From: Desulfotomaculum sp.
GTDB taxonomy: Bacteria > Bacillota > Desulfotomaculia > Desulfotomaculales > Nap2-2B
NCBI GenBank assembly: GCA_003513005.1
Contig: DOTD01000073.1
Coordinates: 22,110 to 86,109, forward strand
DNA length: 64,000 nt
Direction of reading: 5' to 3'
In this document: positions 1-9,248 of the stretch, in pieces
How positions within the stretch are numbered: position 1 is the stretch's first letter
How the letters are laid out: every line of letters starts with the position of its first letter
Translations under genes and position numbers: made by a program
The notes under the pieces: generated by a model
Database searches by the model: none
Seen by the model: only the letters and a program-made list of their open reading frames with translations
Told to the model about the DNA's origin: nothing

Positions 1-567
1 CACACATTTCCCTGCAAAATATGCATCTCCTGCCCCCAATACCTCATCAATAATTAAAATCTCCGGTTCAATAGCTGTTGCGGTAGAGAAAGCCAAACGC
101 GCATACATCCCGGCTGAGTACGTTTTTATTGGCTGATCTATGAATTCCTCCAATTCAGCAAAATCTATGATTTCCTCTTCTTTCTCGAATATTTGTTTTT
201 CTGTAAATCCTTGATACGATAGAGAAACATGAATGTTTTGCCTTCCTGTAAATTCAGGATGAAAGCCTGTCCCCAATTCCATTAAAGCCTGTATGTAACC
301 ATGTACTTTAATGTTTCCTTCAGTAGGCATAATATTACCAGTGATAATTTTCAATAAGGTACTTTTACCCGCGCCATTACGTCCAATAATTCCAAGACGT
401 TCGCCTTTGTTTACTTCCAGATTCAGATCTCTCAATGCCCAGAATTCCTGATAATAGTTCTTTTTCCAAAATTTAACGCCAAAAGCGTCTAATATTTTAT
501 CAGTACGGCGTTTATACAGACGATACATTTTACCCAAATCATCAATTTTAATTGCCTGATTAGACAT
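1..567 (-). CDS. ABC transporter ATP-binding protein of the polysaccharide/teichoic-acid export type (Wzt/TagH-like); the C-terminus lies beyond the window start
   Basis: My own minus-strand translation reads MSNQAIKIDDLGKMYRLYKRRTDKILDAFGVKFWKK...GERLGIIGRNGAGKST (Walker A). It continues through YSAGMYARLAFS (signature) to AIEPEILIIDEVLGAGDAYF (Walker B). The ATG at 567-565 overlaps the stop of the upstream permease gene. Confidence 0.8.
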   Translation of the reverse strand, partial: MSNQAIKIDDLGKMYRLYKRRTDKILDAFGVKFWKKNYYQEFWALRDLNLEVNKGERLGIIGRNGAGKSTLLKIITGNIMPTEGNIKVHGYIQALMELGTGFHPEFTGRQNIHVSLSYQGFTEKQIFEKEEEIIDFAELEEFIDQPIKTYSAGMYARLAFSTATAIEPEILIIDEVLGAGDAYFAGKCV

Positions 568-1354
568 TATCTGCAAACACCCGCTTCATCTTCATAAAAA
601 ACCAGTGTCCAAAAATAAATATGAATAACGAAAAGACCAACAGTATCCAGAAAATGTAGCCCCTCGGGAAATGGCCCAACATTAACACGTCTTGGTAAGA
701 AACAATTAGATAGTATATAGGATTAGCAGCCAAAAACGGTCTCATGTTTGGAGGAATCATATCTTCTGTATAAGCTATAGGGCTAACAAGCATAAGAATC
801 AGAATTATCACTGCAACAATATTTTGAAGGTCTCTGACATAGACATTTATACTTGACATAATCCAGATTAGTCCTATCGAAAATAAAATTTGCAGCCCCC
901 AAACAATTAAAAAAAATGGCAGCCAGATTGACCACTTGCCGAGAAATCCCAGAACTACAAGTAATATTAATAAACCGGCTATTTGAGTACATTGTGAAGC
1001 AAGCACGGATTTTACAGGAACCAGTTCAATTGGGAAAAGAGTATTTTTAATAAGGTTAGCATTAGAAACTACCGAACCGACACCCATACCAAGTGCATCT
1101 GCAAATCCAAGAAATGGTATTAATCCGCAAAATATAAGAGCAACATATTCATTTGAATTAAATAATTGAAACTTAACTTTAAAAATAAATATATAAACTG
1201 CCGCGTAAGCCCCCAACAGCAATAACGGATAAAAAAACAACCACAGCAAACCAAACACAGAACCGGCAAAGCGGGCTCTTACATCATTGACAGTGGTTTG
1301 CCAAAGCAATTTTCTATATTTATAAAGCAAAGCAAACGGCGCTAATATTTTCAT
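560..1354 (-). CDS. ABC-2 type polysaccharide export permease (Wzm/TagG-like)
   Basis: 264-aa ORF with about six hydrophobic helices. It is translationally coupled to the ATPase gene and overlaps wecB by 4 nt. Confidence 0.8.
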   Translation of the reverse strand: MKILAPFALLYKYRKLLWQTTVNDVRARFAGSVFGLLWLFFYPLLLLGAYAAVYIFIFKVKFQLFNSNEYVALIFCGLIPFLGFADALGMGVGSVVSNANLIKNTLFPIELVPVKSVLASQCTQIAGLLILLVVLGFLGKWSIWLPFFLIVWGLQILFSIGLIWIMSSINVYVRDLQNIVAVIILILMLVSPIAYTEDMIPPNMRPFLAANPIYYLIVSYQDVLMLGHFPRGYIFWILLVFSLFIFIFGHWFFMKMKRVFADNV

Positions 1355-2463
1355 AATTCCCGAGCACCAACTAATCTATCGACTATCTTTTCTGAGGCAT
1401 CGCCGTTTCCGTATATACCCGTGCCGCAGATAATTTCATGTCTGCTTTTCCCAAGGTCCGTAAAGGCATCTATAATCCTCTTTTTTGACGCTCCGCAGAT
1501 AACATTTGCTCCGCATTCTACAGTTTCCACCCACTCGGTCTCTTCCCGGAGCGTTATGCAGGGTGTGCCTACAAAAAAAGCTTCTTTCTGAACGCCGCCG
1601 CTGTCTGTCAGGATCACCCCGGCGTTGCATTCCAGTTCAATCATTTGCAAATAAGGCGCCGGTTCAAGCAATTTGACACCTTCAGCCACCCTTATTCCGT
1701 AGCTGTCGAGATACCTGCGCGTCCTGGGATGCAGCGCCACTAAAACTGGTGACTGTCGTGCAATTTCACCGAAAGCCCCGAATATTTCCCGAAGGGCATC
1801 AGGAGAGTCGGTATTCTCAGCGCGGTGTACAGTGGCCAGAACAAAGCCCTTTGTGTCCAGCCCCAAAGCGGTTAAAGCGGGGCAACCGCTTCCTATTTTC
1901 GACCGGTAATACAGCATACAGTCAAACATAACATCACCGACCTGGTATACCCCTTCCAAAATACCCTCGCGTTGGAGGTTCTCCACTGCTGTTACCGTGG
2001 GGCAGAAGAGCATTTTTGAAACATGATCCGTCAGTACCCGGTTAATCTCCTCCGGCATCCTTCGGTTGAAACTCCTTAAGCCCGCTTCAACATGGGCCAC
2101 AGGTATATGCATTTTTACCGCCGCCAGAGCCCCCGCCAGGGTAGAGTTGGTGTCTCCGTATACCAGCGCCCAATCCGGCTTTTCATCTTCGAGAACATCC
2201 TCAATAGCTTCAAGCATCCTGCCTGTTTGCCGGCCGTGGGAATCCGACCCGATTTCCAAATTGTAGTTTGGCGCGGGAATGTCCAACTCTTCAAAAAACA
2301 CCTGGCTCATGTTGTGATCATAATGCTGTCCGGTATGGACAATTATTTCTTCTATTTGATTTGCCCGGTTCCCAGAGTTGTGCTTCCTAATTGCCCGGGA
2401 AACCGCCGCTGCTTTAATAAACTGCGGGCGGGCGCCTACTATTGTTACTAATTTCATATGCAA
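1351..2463 (-). CDS. wecB: UDP-N-acetylglucosamine 2-epimerase family (non-hydrolysing; WbpI-like role in this context)
   Basis: Motifs MKLVTIVGARPQFIK, HVEAGLRSF and DSGGVQKEA are typical of WecB/MnaA epimerases. Confidence 0.85.
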   Translation of the reverse strand: MHMKLVTIVGARPQFIKAAAVSRAIRKHNSGNRANQIEEIIVHTGQHYDHNMSQVFFEELDIPAPNYNLEIGSDSHGRQTGRMLEAIEDVLEDEKPDWALVYGDTNSTLAGALAAVKMHIPVAHVEAGLRSFNRRMPEEINRVLTDHVSKMLFCPTVTAVENLQREGILEGVYQVGDVMFDCMLYYRSKIGSGCPALTALGLDTKGFVLATVHRAENTDSPDALREIFGAFGEIARQSPVLVALHPRTRRYLDSYGIRVAEGVKLLEPAPYLQMIELECNAGVILTDSGGVQKEAFFVGTPCITLREETEWVETVECGANVICGASKKRIIDAFTDLGKSRHEIICGTGIYGNGDASEKIVDRLVGAREL

Positions 2464-2469
2464 ATCCTG

Positions 2470-3594
2470 TTAAAATCCTTTTTCACGGTAAAATTGTTTC
2501 ATCGTCTCGACAACATACTCTTGCTGTTCGGAAGCAAGTTCAGGGAATACCGGCAGGGATATGACCTCGCCGCAGGCTTTCTCGGCCTGGGGGAAATCAC
2601 CGATTCTATAGTTTAAGGAGGAGAATGACGGCTGCAGGTGAAGCGGCAGCGGGTAGTATATAGCTGTCCCTACTCCTCTTTCATTTAAAAAGGCCTGAAG
2701 TTTATCCCTGTCGGGAACTCTAATTGTATACTGGTTGTAAGTATGGTACGCGTTATCAATTGTACGCGGCAACTTCACTATCTCATCCAGTCCGTGTTGT
2801 TTGAACAGCTTCATGTAATTTGCAGCCAGACTGTTTCTGGCTGCTATCCACTGATCAAGGTATTTCATTTTAACAGCCAGCACTGCCGCCTGAATCTCGT
2901 CAAGGCGGCTGTTTATCCCTACAACCTCGTGAAAATACTTCTTCCTGCTTCCATGAACCCTGAGCATTTTTACTTTTTCAGCCACTTCCGGATTGCCGGT
3001 TACAACCATTCCCCCGTCGCCGAATCCGCCGAGATTTTTTGTGGGGAAGAAACTCAAGCATCCGGCGTCGCCGAAAGAGCAGGATTTTTTCCCGCCGTAC
3101 AAAGAACCCATAGCCTGGGCAGTATCCTCGACAACTTTTAAGTTGTGTTTAACGGCGATTTCCATTAAGGGCGCCATATCCGCAGCCTGTCCATACAGAT
3201 GCACAGGCATTATCGCCCTCGTTTTTTCAGTAATTTTTTCCTCAAGCAGATTTACATCAAGGTTGAACGTATCCGGGTCGATATCCACAAAGACCGGAAC
3301 CGCCCCTGCCCTTATTATCGATCCTGCAGTAGCAAAAAACGTGAACGGTGTGGTGATCACTTCATCCTCAAAACCCACACCGCAGGCAAGTAAAGCCAGA
3401 TAAAGCGCGTCGCTCCCGCTGCCGACGCCAATACCGTACTCTACATCCAGGTACCGGGCGGCTTCACGTTCCAGCTTCTGAACATTTTCCCCGAGAATGA
3501 ACGAGCCTTTTGTAACAACCTGCCCGATAACTTCCTCCAATTCTTCTTTTATTCTCGTAGTCTGACTGGCCAAACTAAACTGAGGAACCTTCAT
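2470..3594 (-). CDS. DegT/DnrJ/EryC1/StrS-family PLP-dependent sugar aminotransferase (WbpE-like)
   Basis: 374 aa. Contains GSGSDALYLAL and the PLP-lysine context SFFPTKNLGGFGDGG. Confidence 0.85.
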   Translation of the reverse strand: MKVPQFSLASQTTRIKEELEEVIGQVVTKGSFILGENVQKLEREAARYLDVEYGIGVGSGSDALYLALLACGVGFEDEVITTPFTFFATAGSIIRAGAVPVFVDIDPDTFNLDVNLLEEKITEKTRAIMPVHLYGQAADMAPLMEIAVKHNLKVVEDTAQAMGSLYGGKKSCSFGDAGCLSFFPTKNLGGFGDGGMVVTGNPEVAEKVKMLRVHGSRKKYFHEVVGINSRLDEIQAAVLAVKMKYLDQWIAARNSLAANYMKLFKQHGLDEIVKLPRTIDNAYHTYNQYTIRVPDRDKLQAFLNERGVGTAIYYPLPLHLQPSFSSLNYRIGDFPQAEKACGEVISLPVFPELASEQQEYVVETMKQFYREKGF

Positions 3595-3630
3595 GGTCTG
3601 ACTCCTTTACTCTTATTGATGGAAAGAATA

Positions 3631-5166
3631 TCAAATATCCAGCTTAAACCCGCAGCTGCGGCATTGCTCTCCGGGTTCCAGTCTCTCGCCGCAAACACAA
3701 ACCCAGCCAACCTGGCGCGCGGGATTGCCCATAACCAGCGCATGATCCTGTATATCTTTAGTTACGACTGCGCCTGCGCCAATCATGGCGTATTTTCCAA
3801 TTTCAATTCCGCAGACTATGGTAGCGTTAGCGCCAATAGAAGCGCCCCGGTGAATAATTGTCTTAATGTACTGATCACGGCGTGAAACATGACTTCTGGG
3901 AATTTTAACATTTGTAAACACCATGGACGGCCCTAAAAAAACGTCGTCCTCACAGGTAACCCCCGTATATACTGAAACATTGTTCTGTATTTTAACATTG
4001 CTGCCGAGCGCAACGCCGGGCGCCACAACCACATTCTGCCCTATGTTGCAGCGTGGGCCAATCACAGCGCCAGCCATGACGTGGCTGAAATGCCATATCT
4101 TGACCCCTGCGCCGATGCTGCAGCCTTCGTCTATAACTGCTGTGGGATGGGCGAAATAGGAGACCTCTTCCTTTGGCCCGCCGACTTTTACCCAGTTTCC
4201 CTTATCCAGAAGCGATTTCTGCCCGGCAGACAGTATTTCCAGCACACGCAAGCCCTCCCACCCGTCTGTTTCCGGCGCCTGGCGGCTGTTTACCGCTTCT
4301 ATAAAAGCAAGACATTCCTGTCTCAACGGTTCATCGCCGGCGACTTCCAGCATTTCGGGATTATTGCGGACCGGCTCCGGAATCCCGTTTTTCCACTGAA
4401 CAGGCTCCTTGAAATATAACAGTTTTTGTTCCCTGGCGGCGGTGTCGTCAAAAACGAGCATGCCTTCACTTCCCACCACCACAACCTTCTGTTCTTTTAT
4501 AGGATACAGCCAGCTGGCCAGTACGCTGGCGCGCAGATTATTATCAAATTCAAGCTGCAGGCATACCGTATCATAAATTTCCGGCCTTAAGCCGGCTGTT
4601 CCCGCAGCGGATATTTTAGACGGCATGTCCCCGGCTAAAGATAAGATCAGCGAAATATCGTGGGGGGCAAAACTCCACATTACATTTTCTTCACTCCGGA
4701 ACTTTCCCAGGTTCAAGCGGTATGAATAAATATGGTGGATTGAGCCTGCCAGACCCGATGCCACAGCCTGTTTTAGGACGATACCCGCAGGATGGTAGTG
4801 AAGTATATGTCCCACCATAAGGATCCGCTTTTTTTCACCGGCAAGCAGGCACAATTCTTTTCCCTCCTGCACGGAAAGACAAAGCGGCTTTTCAACAAAG
4901 ACATCCTTGTTTTCACGCAAGGCACGAAGGGCCAGCGCATAGTGATTCGCCGCCGGCGCGGCGATGACTACCGCGTTAATATCCGGATCCTTAAAAACCA
5001 GATCAACATCCGGGGTTGTTTCCACGTTATTATACTGCTGTTTTAATTCCCCAAGTGTCTTTTCCGACGTGTCGCAGATTACTTTTAACACACCCAGGTT
5101 ATAAAAATTGCGTACGAGATTTTTTCCCCAATAACCAGCGCCTATTACAGCCGCCTTAAAAGTCAC
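3631..5166 (-). CDS. Fusion protein: N-terminal Gfo/Idh/MocA oxidoreductase (WbpB-like), C-terminal left-handed beta-helix N-acetyltransferase (WbpD-like), and a Cys4 tail
   Basis: The N-terminus has the Rossmann motif AVIGAGYWGKN. From about residue 330 there are hexapeptide repeats (IGAGVKIWHFSHV..IGPRCNIGQNV..). The last 25 aa read VCVCGERLEPGEQCRSCG. Confidence 0.75.
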   Translation of the reverse strand: MTFKAAVIGAGYWGKNLVRNFYNLGVLKVICDTSEKTLGELKQQYNNVETTPDVDLVFKDPDINAVVIAAPAANHYALALRALRENKDVFVEKPLCLSVQEGKELCLLAGEKKRILMVGHILHYHPAGIVLKQAVASGLAGSIHHIYSYRLNLGKFRSEENVMWSFAPHDISLILSLAGDMPSKISAAGTAGLRPEIYDTVCLQLEFDNNLRASVLASWLYPIKEQKVVVVGSEGMLVFDDTAAREQKLLYFKEPVQWKNGIPEPVRNNPEMLEVAGDEPLRQECLAFIEAVNSRQAPETDGWEGLRVLEILSAGQKSLLDKGNWVKVGGPKEEVSYFAHPTAVIDEGCSIGAGVKIWHFSHVMAGAVIGPRCNIGQNVVVAPGVALGSNVKIQNNVSVYTGVTCEDDVFLGPSMVFTNVKIPRSHVSRRDQYIKTIIHRGASIGANATIVCGIEIGKYAMIGAGAVVTKDIQDHALVMGNPARQVGWVCVCGERLEPGEQCRSCGFKLDI

Positions 5167-5189
5167 CTAGTTTTCCTCCCGGGCACAGG

Positions 5190-6596
5190 TTAGATTTTGT
5201 AATACTCTCCGTTTACCGGCAACATGTCCATCCGGAAAATGATATTGCGCGTATCCAGTATCCTTTTCGCTCGTTCACAAATGACTTTGTAATCAATATT
5301 ACTGTGGTCTGTAGTAATAAGAATGAGATCAGCCTGCTCAACGCGCTCCGGCGTCAGCTCCAGCGATTTATGGGAAATACTTTTTATTTTGATTGAAGGG
5401 ATGTACGGATCGTGATAATCCACAATTGCTCCCAGGTTGATCAGCCTTTCCATGATTTCCAGGGCTGGCGACTCCCGCCAGTCGTCAATGTCCGCTTTGT
5501 AGGCGATCCCTGTTAAAAGCACCCTGGCGCCTTTGACGGCTATTTGTGAAAAGTTTAAAATATGCATGCACTGGTCGACAACATATTTCGGCATCTGCCG
5601 GTTTATCTCCCCGGCAACCTCAATAAGCCTGGTCTCCAGGCCAAATTCTTTTGCTTTATAAGTTAAATAAAAAGGATCGATAGGAATACAGTGCCCCCCC
5701 AAACCGGGTCCGGGATAAAAAGGCATGAAGCCATATGGTTTTGTTTTCGCAGCCTCGATTACTTCCCAAATATCTATATTCATCTTTTTGCAAAGGATAG
5801 CCATCTCGTTAACCAGTCCTATATTTACCAGGCGGAAGATGTTTTCCATGAGCTTTTCCATCTCCGCCACCCTGGGTGAAGTAACTCTCCATACGGCAGC
5901 TTTTAAGACAGCCAGATAAAATTGCGCAGCAAGCCTGGCGCAATCTTCAGTTATGCCGCCCACCACCTTGGGAGTATTTTCAGTTTTAAACTCCCGGTTG
6001 CCGGGATCAACTCTTTCCGGTGAATAAGCAAGAAAAAAATCCCTGCCGCAACTCATTTCTCTGGGCAAGGGCCCTGTTTCCTGAAACTCCCGCAGCAGCT
6101 CCGGCACATCCTGCCAGCGCCCCTCCAGGATAGGCAGCAGAACTTCCTCAGTGGTACCCGGATAGGTTGTGCTTTCCAATATAACAAGTGTACCTTCGGC
6201 TATATTATTGGCGGCCTGCTTTGTAGAATTGATTATGTAGCGTAAATCCGGCTGCAGGTGCTTATCTAACGGGGTCGGCACACAAATGACAATTATTTCT
6301 ACATTCCGGAGTTCGCCGAGATCGCTCGTGGCTTGTAAGAATCCTCCGGCAACCAGTTTTTTCATTTTACTGCCGACAACATCTCCTATGTAGTTAATCC
6401 CTTGGTTGACAAGCTCGACGCGGTTTCTTTGAACATCAAACCCCTGCACATGAAAACCGGCTTCGGCTATTGTCGCCGCCAGCGGTAAACCCACATAGCC
6501 AAGTCCAATTATACCCACCCTGGCCGATCTGTCTTCTATCTTTTTATTAAGCTTAGCTGCACCTGGAGTTTCCATTTCATCCCTCACTACTTTCAT
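5190..6596 (-). CDS. UDP-N-acetyl-hexosamine 6-dehydrogenase (WbpA/WecC/TviB family nucleotide-sugar dehydrogenase)
   Basis: Contains VGIIGLGYVGLPLA (NAD fold) and the catalytic-Cys context GPGLGGHCIPIDP. An alternative start at Met8 (6575) has a better SD. Confidence 0.85.
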   Translation of the reverse strand: MKVVRDEMETPGAAKLNKKIEDRSARVGIIGLGYVGLPLAATIAEAGFHVQGFDVQRNRVELVNQGINYIGDVVGSKMKKLVAGGFLQATSDLGELRNVEIIVICVPTPLDKHLQPDLRYIINSTKQAANNIAEGTLVILESTTYPGTTEEVLLPILEGRWQDVPELLREFQETGPLPREMSCGRDFFLAYSPERVDPGNREFKTENTPKVVGGITEDCARLAAQFYLAVLKAAVWRVTSPRVAEMEKLMENIFRLVNIGLVNEMAILCKKMNIDIWEVIEAAKTKPYGFMPFYPGPGLGGHCIPIDPFYLTYKAKEFGLETRLIEVAGEINRQMPKYVVDQCMHILNFSQIAVKGARVLLTGIAYKADIDDWRESPALEIMERLINLGAIVDYHDPYIPSIKIKSISHKSLELTPERVEQADLILITTDHSNIDYKVICERAKRILDTRNIIFRMDMLPVNGEYYKI

Positions 6597-6602
6597 GTTA
6601 AT

Positions 6603-7400
6603 TTAGTCCCGGTTCCCAAACGCTGCGAGAAAAGAGTCACAGTAGATTTCCTTATTTAAAATGACCTTGGAGGCGGCAACTGCCTTGAGCAGTTCATCAT
6701 CGTCAAGATTAACGATAGCCGCATCCAGCCCCGCCGCCATACACATAACCATAAATGTGCGGTTGAGCAGGCCTCGTTCGGCGCATCTCTGGGATACATT
6801 GCTCAAACCCAATGCCGTACGCGGCGGCGGATCAGCAAGCGTTTTGATCCAGCGGATTGCCTCGATTACCTCGGGACAGTGTTCCTGCCCGACATTGCAG
6901 GGCAGGACAAGCGGATCGAGATACAGGTCTTCCATGGGGAAACCGCTGGCATCGGCGTTGACGATTATTTCCATGGCCAGGGCAGCCCTGTCTCCGGCGC
7001 TTTTTGGAACGCCTTTCTCGTTCATGGCCAGACCGATTAGCGCCGCTTTATACTTTAAAGCCATGGGTAAAAAGATATCTATCTTCCACTGGTCGGCTGT
7101 CGTAGAGTTGATCAGCGCTTTCCCCCTGTGAGCCTCTAGCCCTGCCTCAATCGCTTCCGGGTTGGTGGAATCGAGGCAGCAGGGAAGATCGGCAGTATCC
7201 TGAGCAGTCCTGACCAGCCATGCCATTGCCTCAGGCTGATCCTTGGCTTCCAGTAAAGGGCCCGTGCTGATATCAAGGTAATCAGCCCGCCGCCGGTACT
7301 GGCGCAAGGCCCAATGTCTAACCGGCTCCGGGTCTCTGCTTAGAACAGCCTCCCGAATATCTCCAAACATACCGTTAATGCGCTCGCCAATTAAAATCAA
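6603..7400 (-). CDS. acsE: Methyltetrahydrofolate:corrinoid/iron-sulfur protein methyltransferase
   Basis: The ORF-track frame 6603..7565 overlaps acsD. A TTG at 7400-7398, preceded by GGGAAGGGGG, gives (M)ILIGERINGMFGDI. That is the canonical AcsE N-terminus and yields about 265 aa. Confidence 0.85.
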   Translation of the reverse strand: MILIGERINGMFGDIREAVLSRDPEPVRHWALRQYRRRADYLDISTGPLLEAKDQPEAMAWLVRTAQDTADLPCCLDSTNPEAIEAGLEAHRGKALINSTTADQWKIDIFLPMALKYKAALIGLAMNEKGVPKSAGDRAALAMEIIVNADASGFPMEDLYLDPLVLPCNVGQEHCPEVIEAIRWIKTLADPPPRTALGLSNVSQRCAERGLLNRTFMVMCMAAGLDAAIVNLDDDELLKAVAASKVILNKEIYCDSFLAAFGNRD

Positions 7401-7447
7401 GAACGCAGCCCCCTTCCCTATGCTTATCAGATTATCACAGCCATAAT

Positions 7448-8395
7448 CTATTCTTCCATCAGGTTTTTCATGTGAACAAGAAACTGTTTTAAAGACCCGG
7501 GGTGCCTCATGACCATAATAGAACCCCCTGCCTGAGCCATCGTTGCCGCCGTGACAACTTCCCACATGACCGCACGCCTGGCTTGATCACCCCATTCAGG
7601 CGTTTCTTCAAACGGACTGTTGGCCTCTTTGGTCTTCCAGACTTCCTGCCCGATCTGGCAGAACATGGGCATGGCCAGCATTTTATCCCCGGACAACCCG
7701 CTGATCCTGATTCTTTCCATGATTGAGTAGGCGTACTCCAGCCCGTAGCCCAATGATCCCACAAGAGGGTCTATGACAATACGGTTTGAAGGCAGGCCCA
7801 TCTCGGTAACCAGGATATTAAGCTGTTTAGCGATGTTTATATCCAGGGGGTTTGAAGCAATCAGGCTATGTCCGTGAACTATACAGGAGGCGGTTATTGT
7901 TTTGTAATTATCCTGCTTGGCGCACCCGACCAGGCAGTTTCTTCCCTCCAAAACCTTGCAGACTTCGCCAATAACCTGAACATCCTTTTCTTCCACTCCG
8001 CAGCCCATGATAATCAGCGGAACTTTCACAGCATCGGCAACGGCCCTGGCCGTTTCAGCGCATTGGGCAGGACTGCTGTCCAGGTTATCGGGGTGAGAGC
8101 CAGCCAGAGTAAGGCAGATTAAATCCGCGCCGTGTTCCTCGCACTTCCCTGCCCAGGCCGCCGGATCGTTCATAACACCCTCAAATTCAGAAGTCAGTAT
8201 TTCAGGCCATTGTTTTGGCTCAATGTCCCAAACCTCCAGGGCAGCCAGCGGCCTGTTCGGCATCTCACCTTCAAAAAGAAGGAAAGGCAGCGTATAGTCA
8301 CCGCCAGCTTTTACCGCGTTCAGGCCTGTGCCGATAACCACTTCGTTGATCCTGTTACTGTATTTTTCTTTTATAATATTTACAGCCACATTCAT
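7448..8395 (-). CDS. acsD: Corrinoid iron-sulfur protein small subunit
   Basis: 315 aa of TIM-barrel type, in the conserved position between cooC and acsE. Confidence 0.8.
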   Translation of the reverse strand: MNVAVNIIKEKYSNRINEVVIGTGLNAVKAGGDYTLPFLLFEGEMPNRPLAALEVWDIEPKQWPEILTSEFEGVMNDPAAWAGKCEEHGADLICLTLAGSHPDNLDSSPAQCAETARAVADAVKVPLIIMGCGVEEKDVQVIGEVCKVLEGRNCLVGCAKQDNYKTITASCIVHGHSLIASNPLDINIAKQLNILVTEMGLPSNRIVIDPLVGSLGYGLEYAYSIMERIRISGLSGDKMLAMPMFCQIGQEVWKTKEANSPFEETPEWGDQARRAVMWEVVTAATMAQAGGSIMVMRHPGSLKQFLVHMKNLMEE

Positions 8396-8414
8396 TCTCC
8401 TGTTTTACAAATTA

Positions 8415-9185
8415 TCAGGGTTCTTCAATAATTTTAGTTTTGGACATAATCTCTGATACAGCCCTGACGACAGGCGATTCGTCAGGCAGCTCAAAGATCG
8501 GTCTGCCTACAAGATCAAAATCAATAACCTGTTCATCTTCGGGAATCGTTCCGATCAGCTTCAGGCCGGTTTTGGCAATCTCTTCTTTCAGCAGTTCCCC
8601 AAAATCCCCGGCGACTCTGTTGATTATAAGGTACATATTCCTGACGGCGAGGTTCAAGTTCACCACAAGCTCTTTGATCCTTTTCGCCGACCGGATGCCC
8701 CTGACTGTCGCATCGCTTGTAATGAACAGAATATCCACATTGTCCGTGGTCTGCCTGCTTAAATGCTCCATACCGGCCTCGTTATCCATAACTATATAAG
8801 GATAATTTGAGCTTAGCTGCTGTATAAAGTTCCGCAGGAGGTTATTGACATAGCAGTAGCATCCCTGTCCCTGTGGCCCGCCCATAACCAGCAGGTCAAA
8901 GTCATCCCCCTCGGCCAGGGATTGGTGGACACAGTAGGCAAGATAACGCTCCCTGGTCATGCCTGCCGGCAGCGGTTCGAGACTGCTGTTGATCCTGGGT
9001 ATTTTCGAAGAAATTGTCTGATCGCTAACCTTGATGCCTAGAGCCTCATTCAGATTTGCATTGGCGTCAGCATCCGCCGCCAGGACAGGTTTCCTGCCGG
9101 ATTTGATTAATTGCCTGATCAAGAGCGCGGCAAGCGTTGTTTTGCCCGTTCCTCCCTTTCCTGCGACAGCTATCGTAAATGACAT
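8415..9185 (-). CDS. cooC: CODH/ACS nickel-insertion accessory ATPase (CooC/AcsF family)
   Basis: P-loop AVAGKGGTGKTT, a CYC motif in QGCYCYVN, and a length of 256 aa. Confidence 0.85.
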   Translation of the reverse strand: MSFTIAVAGKGGTGKTTLAALLIRQLIKSGRKPVLAADADANANLNEALGIKVSDQTISSKIPRINSSLEPLPAGMTRERYLAYCVHQSLAEGDDFDLLVMGGPQGQGCYCYVNNLLRNFIQQLSSNYPYIVMDNEAGMEHLSRQTTDNVDILFITSDATVRGIRSAKRIKELVVNLNLAVRNMYLIINRVAGDFGELLKEEIAKTGLKLIGTIPEDEQVIDFDLVGRPIFELPDESPVVRAVSEIMSKTKIIEEP

Positions 9186-9200
9186 ATCCTTGCTCCTATC

Positions 9201-9248
9201 CCGAAAATTAACTTACATTAGAAGGTCAGCTGCTGAGCGTGCTCATGT
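9201..9248. repeat. Copy A of a ~48-nt intergenic repeat family (copies at 9201, 18104, 37159, 55681)
   Basis: Sequence ccgaaaattaacttacattagaaggtcagctgctgagcgtgctcatgt. It aligns to 55681-55728 at roughly four-fifths identity by hand. Its right end supplies the last codons and stop of acsV. Confidence 0.7.

Noticed and set aside
7401-7565. N-terminal 55 codons of the 6603..7565 ORF (MGSCHGGNDG...), which overlap the 3' end of acsD
   Set aside because: The canonical AcsE N-terminus (M)ILIGERING starts at TTG 7400 with a good SD just after the acsD stop. The upstream extension is an out-of-frame read-through of acsD coding sequence.
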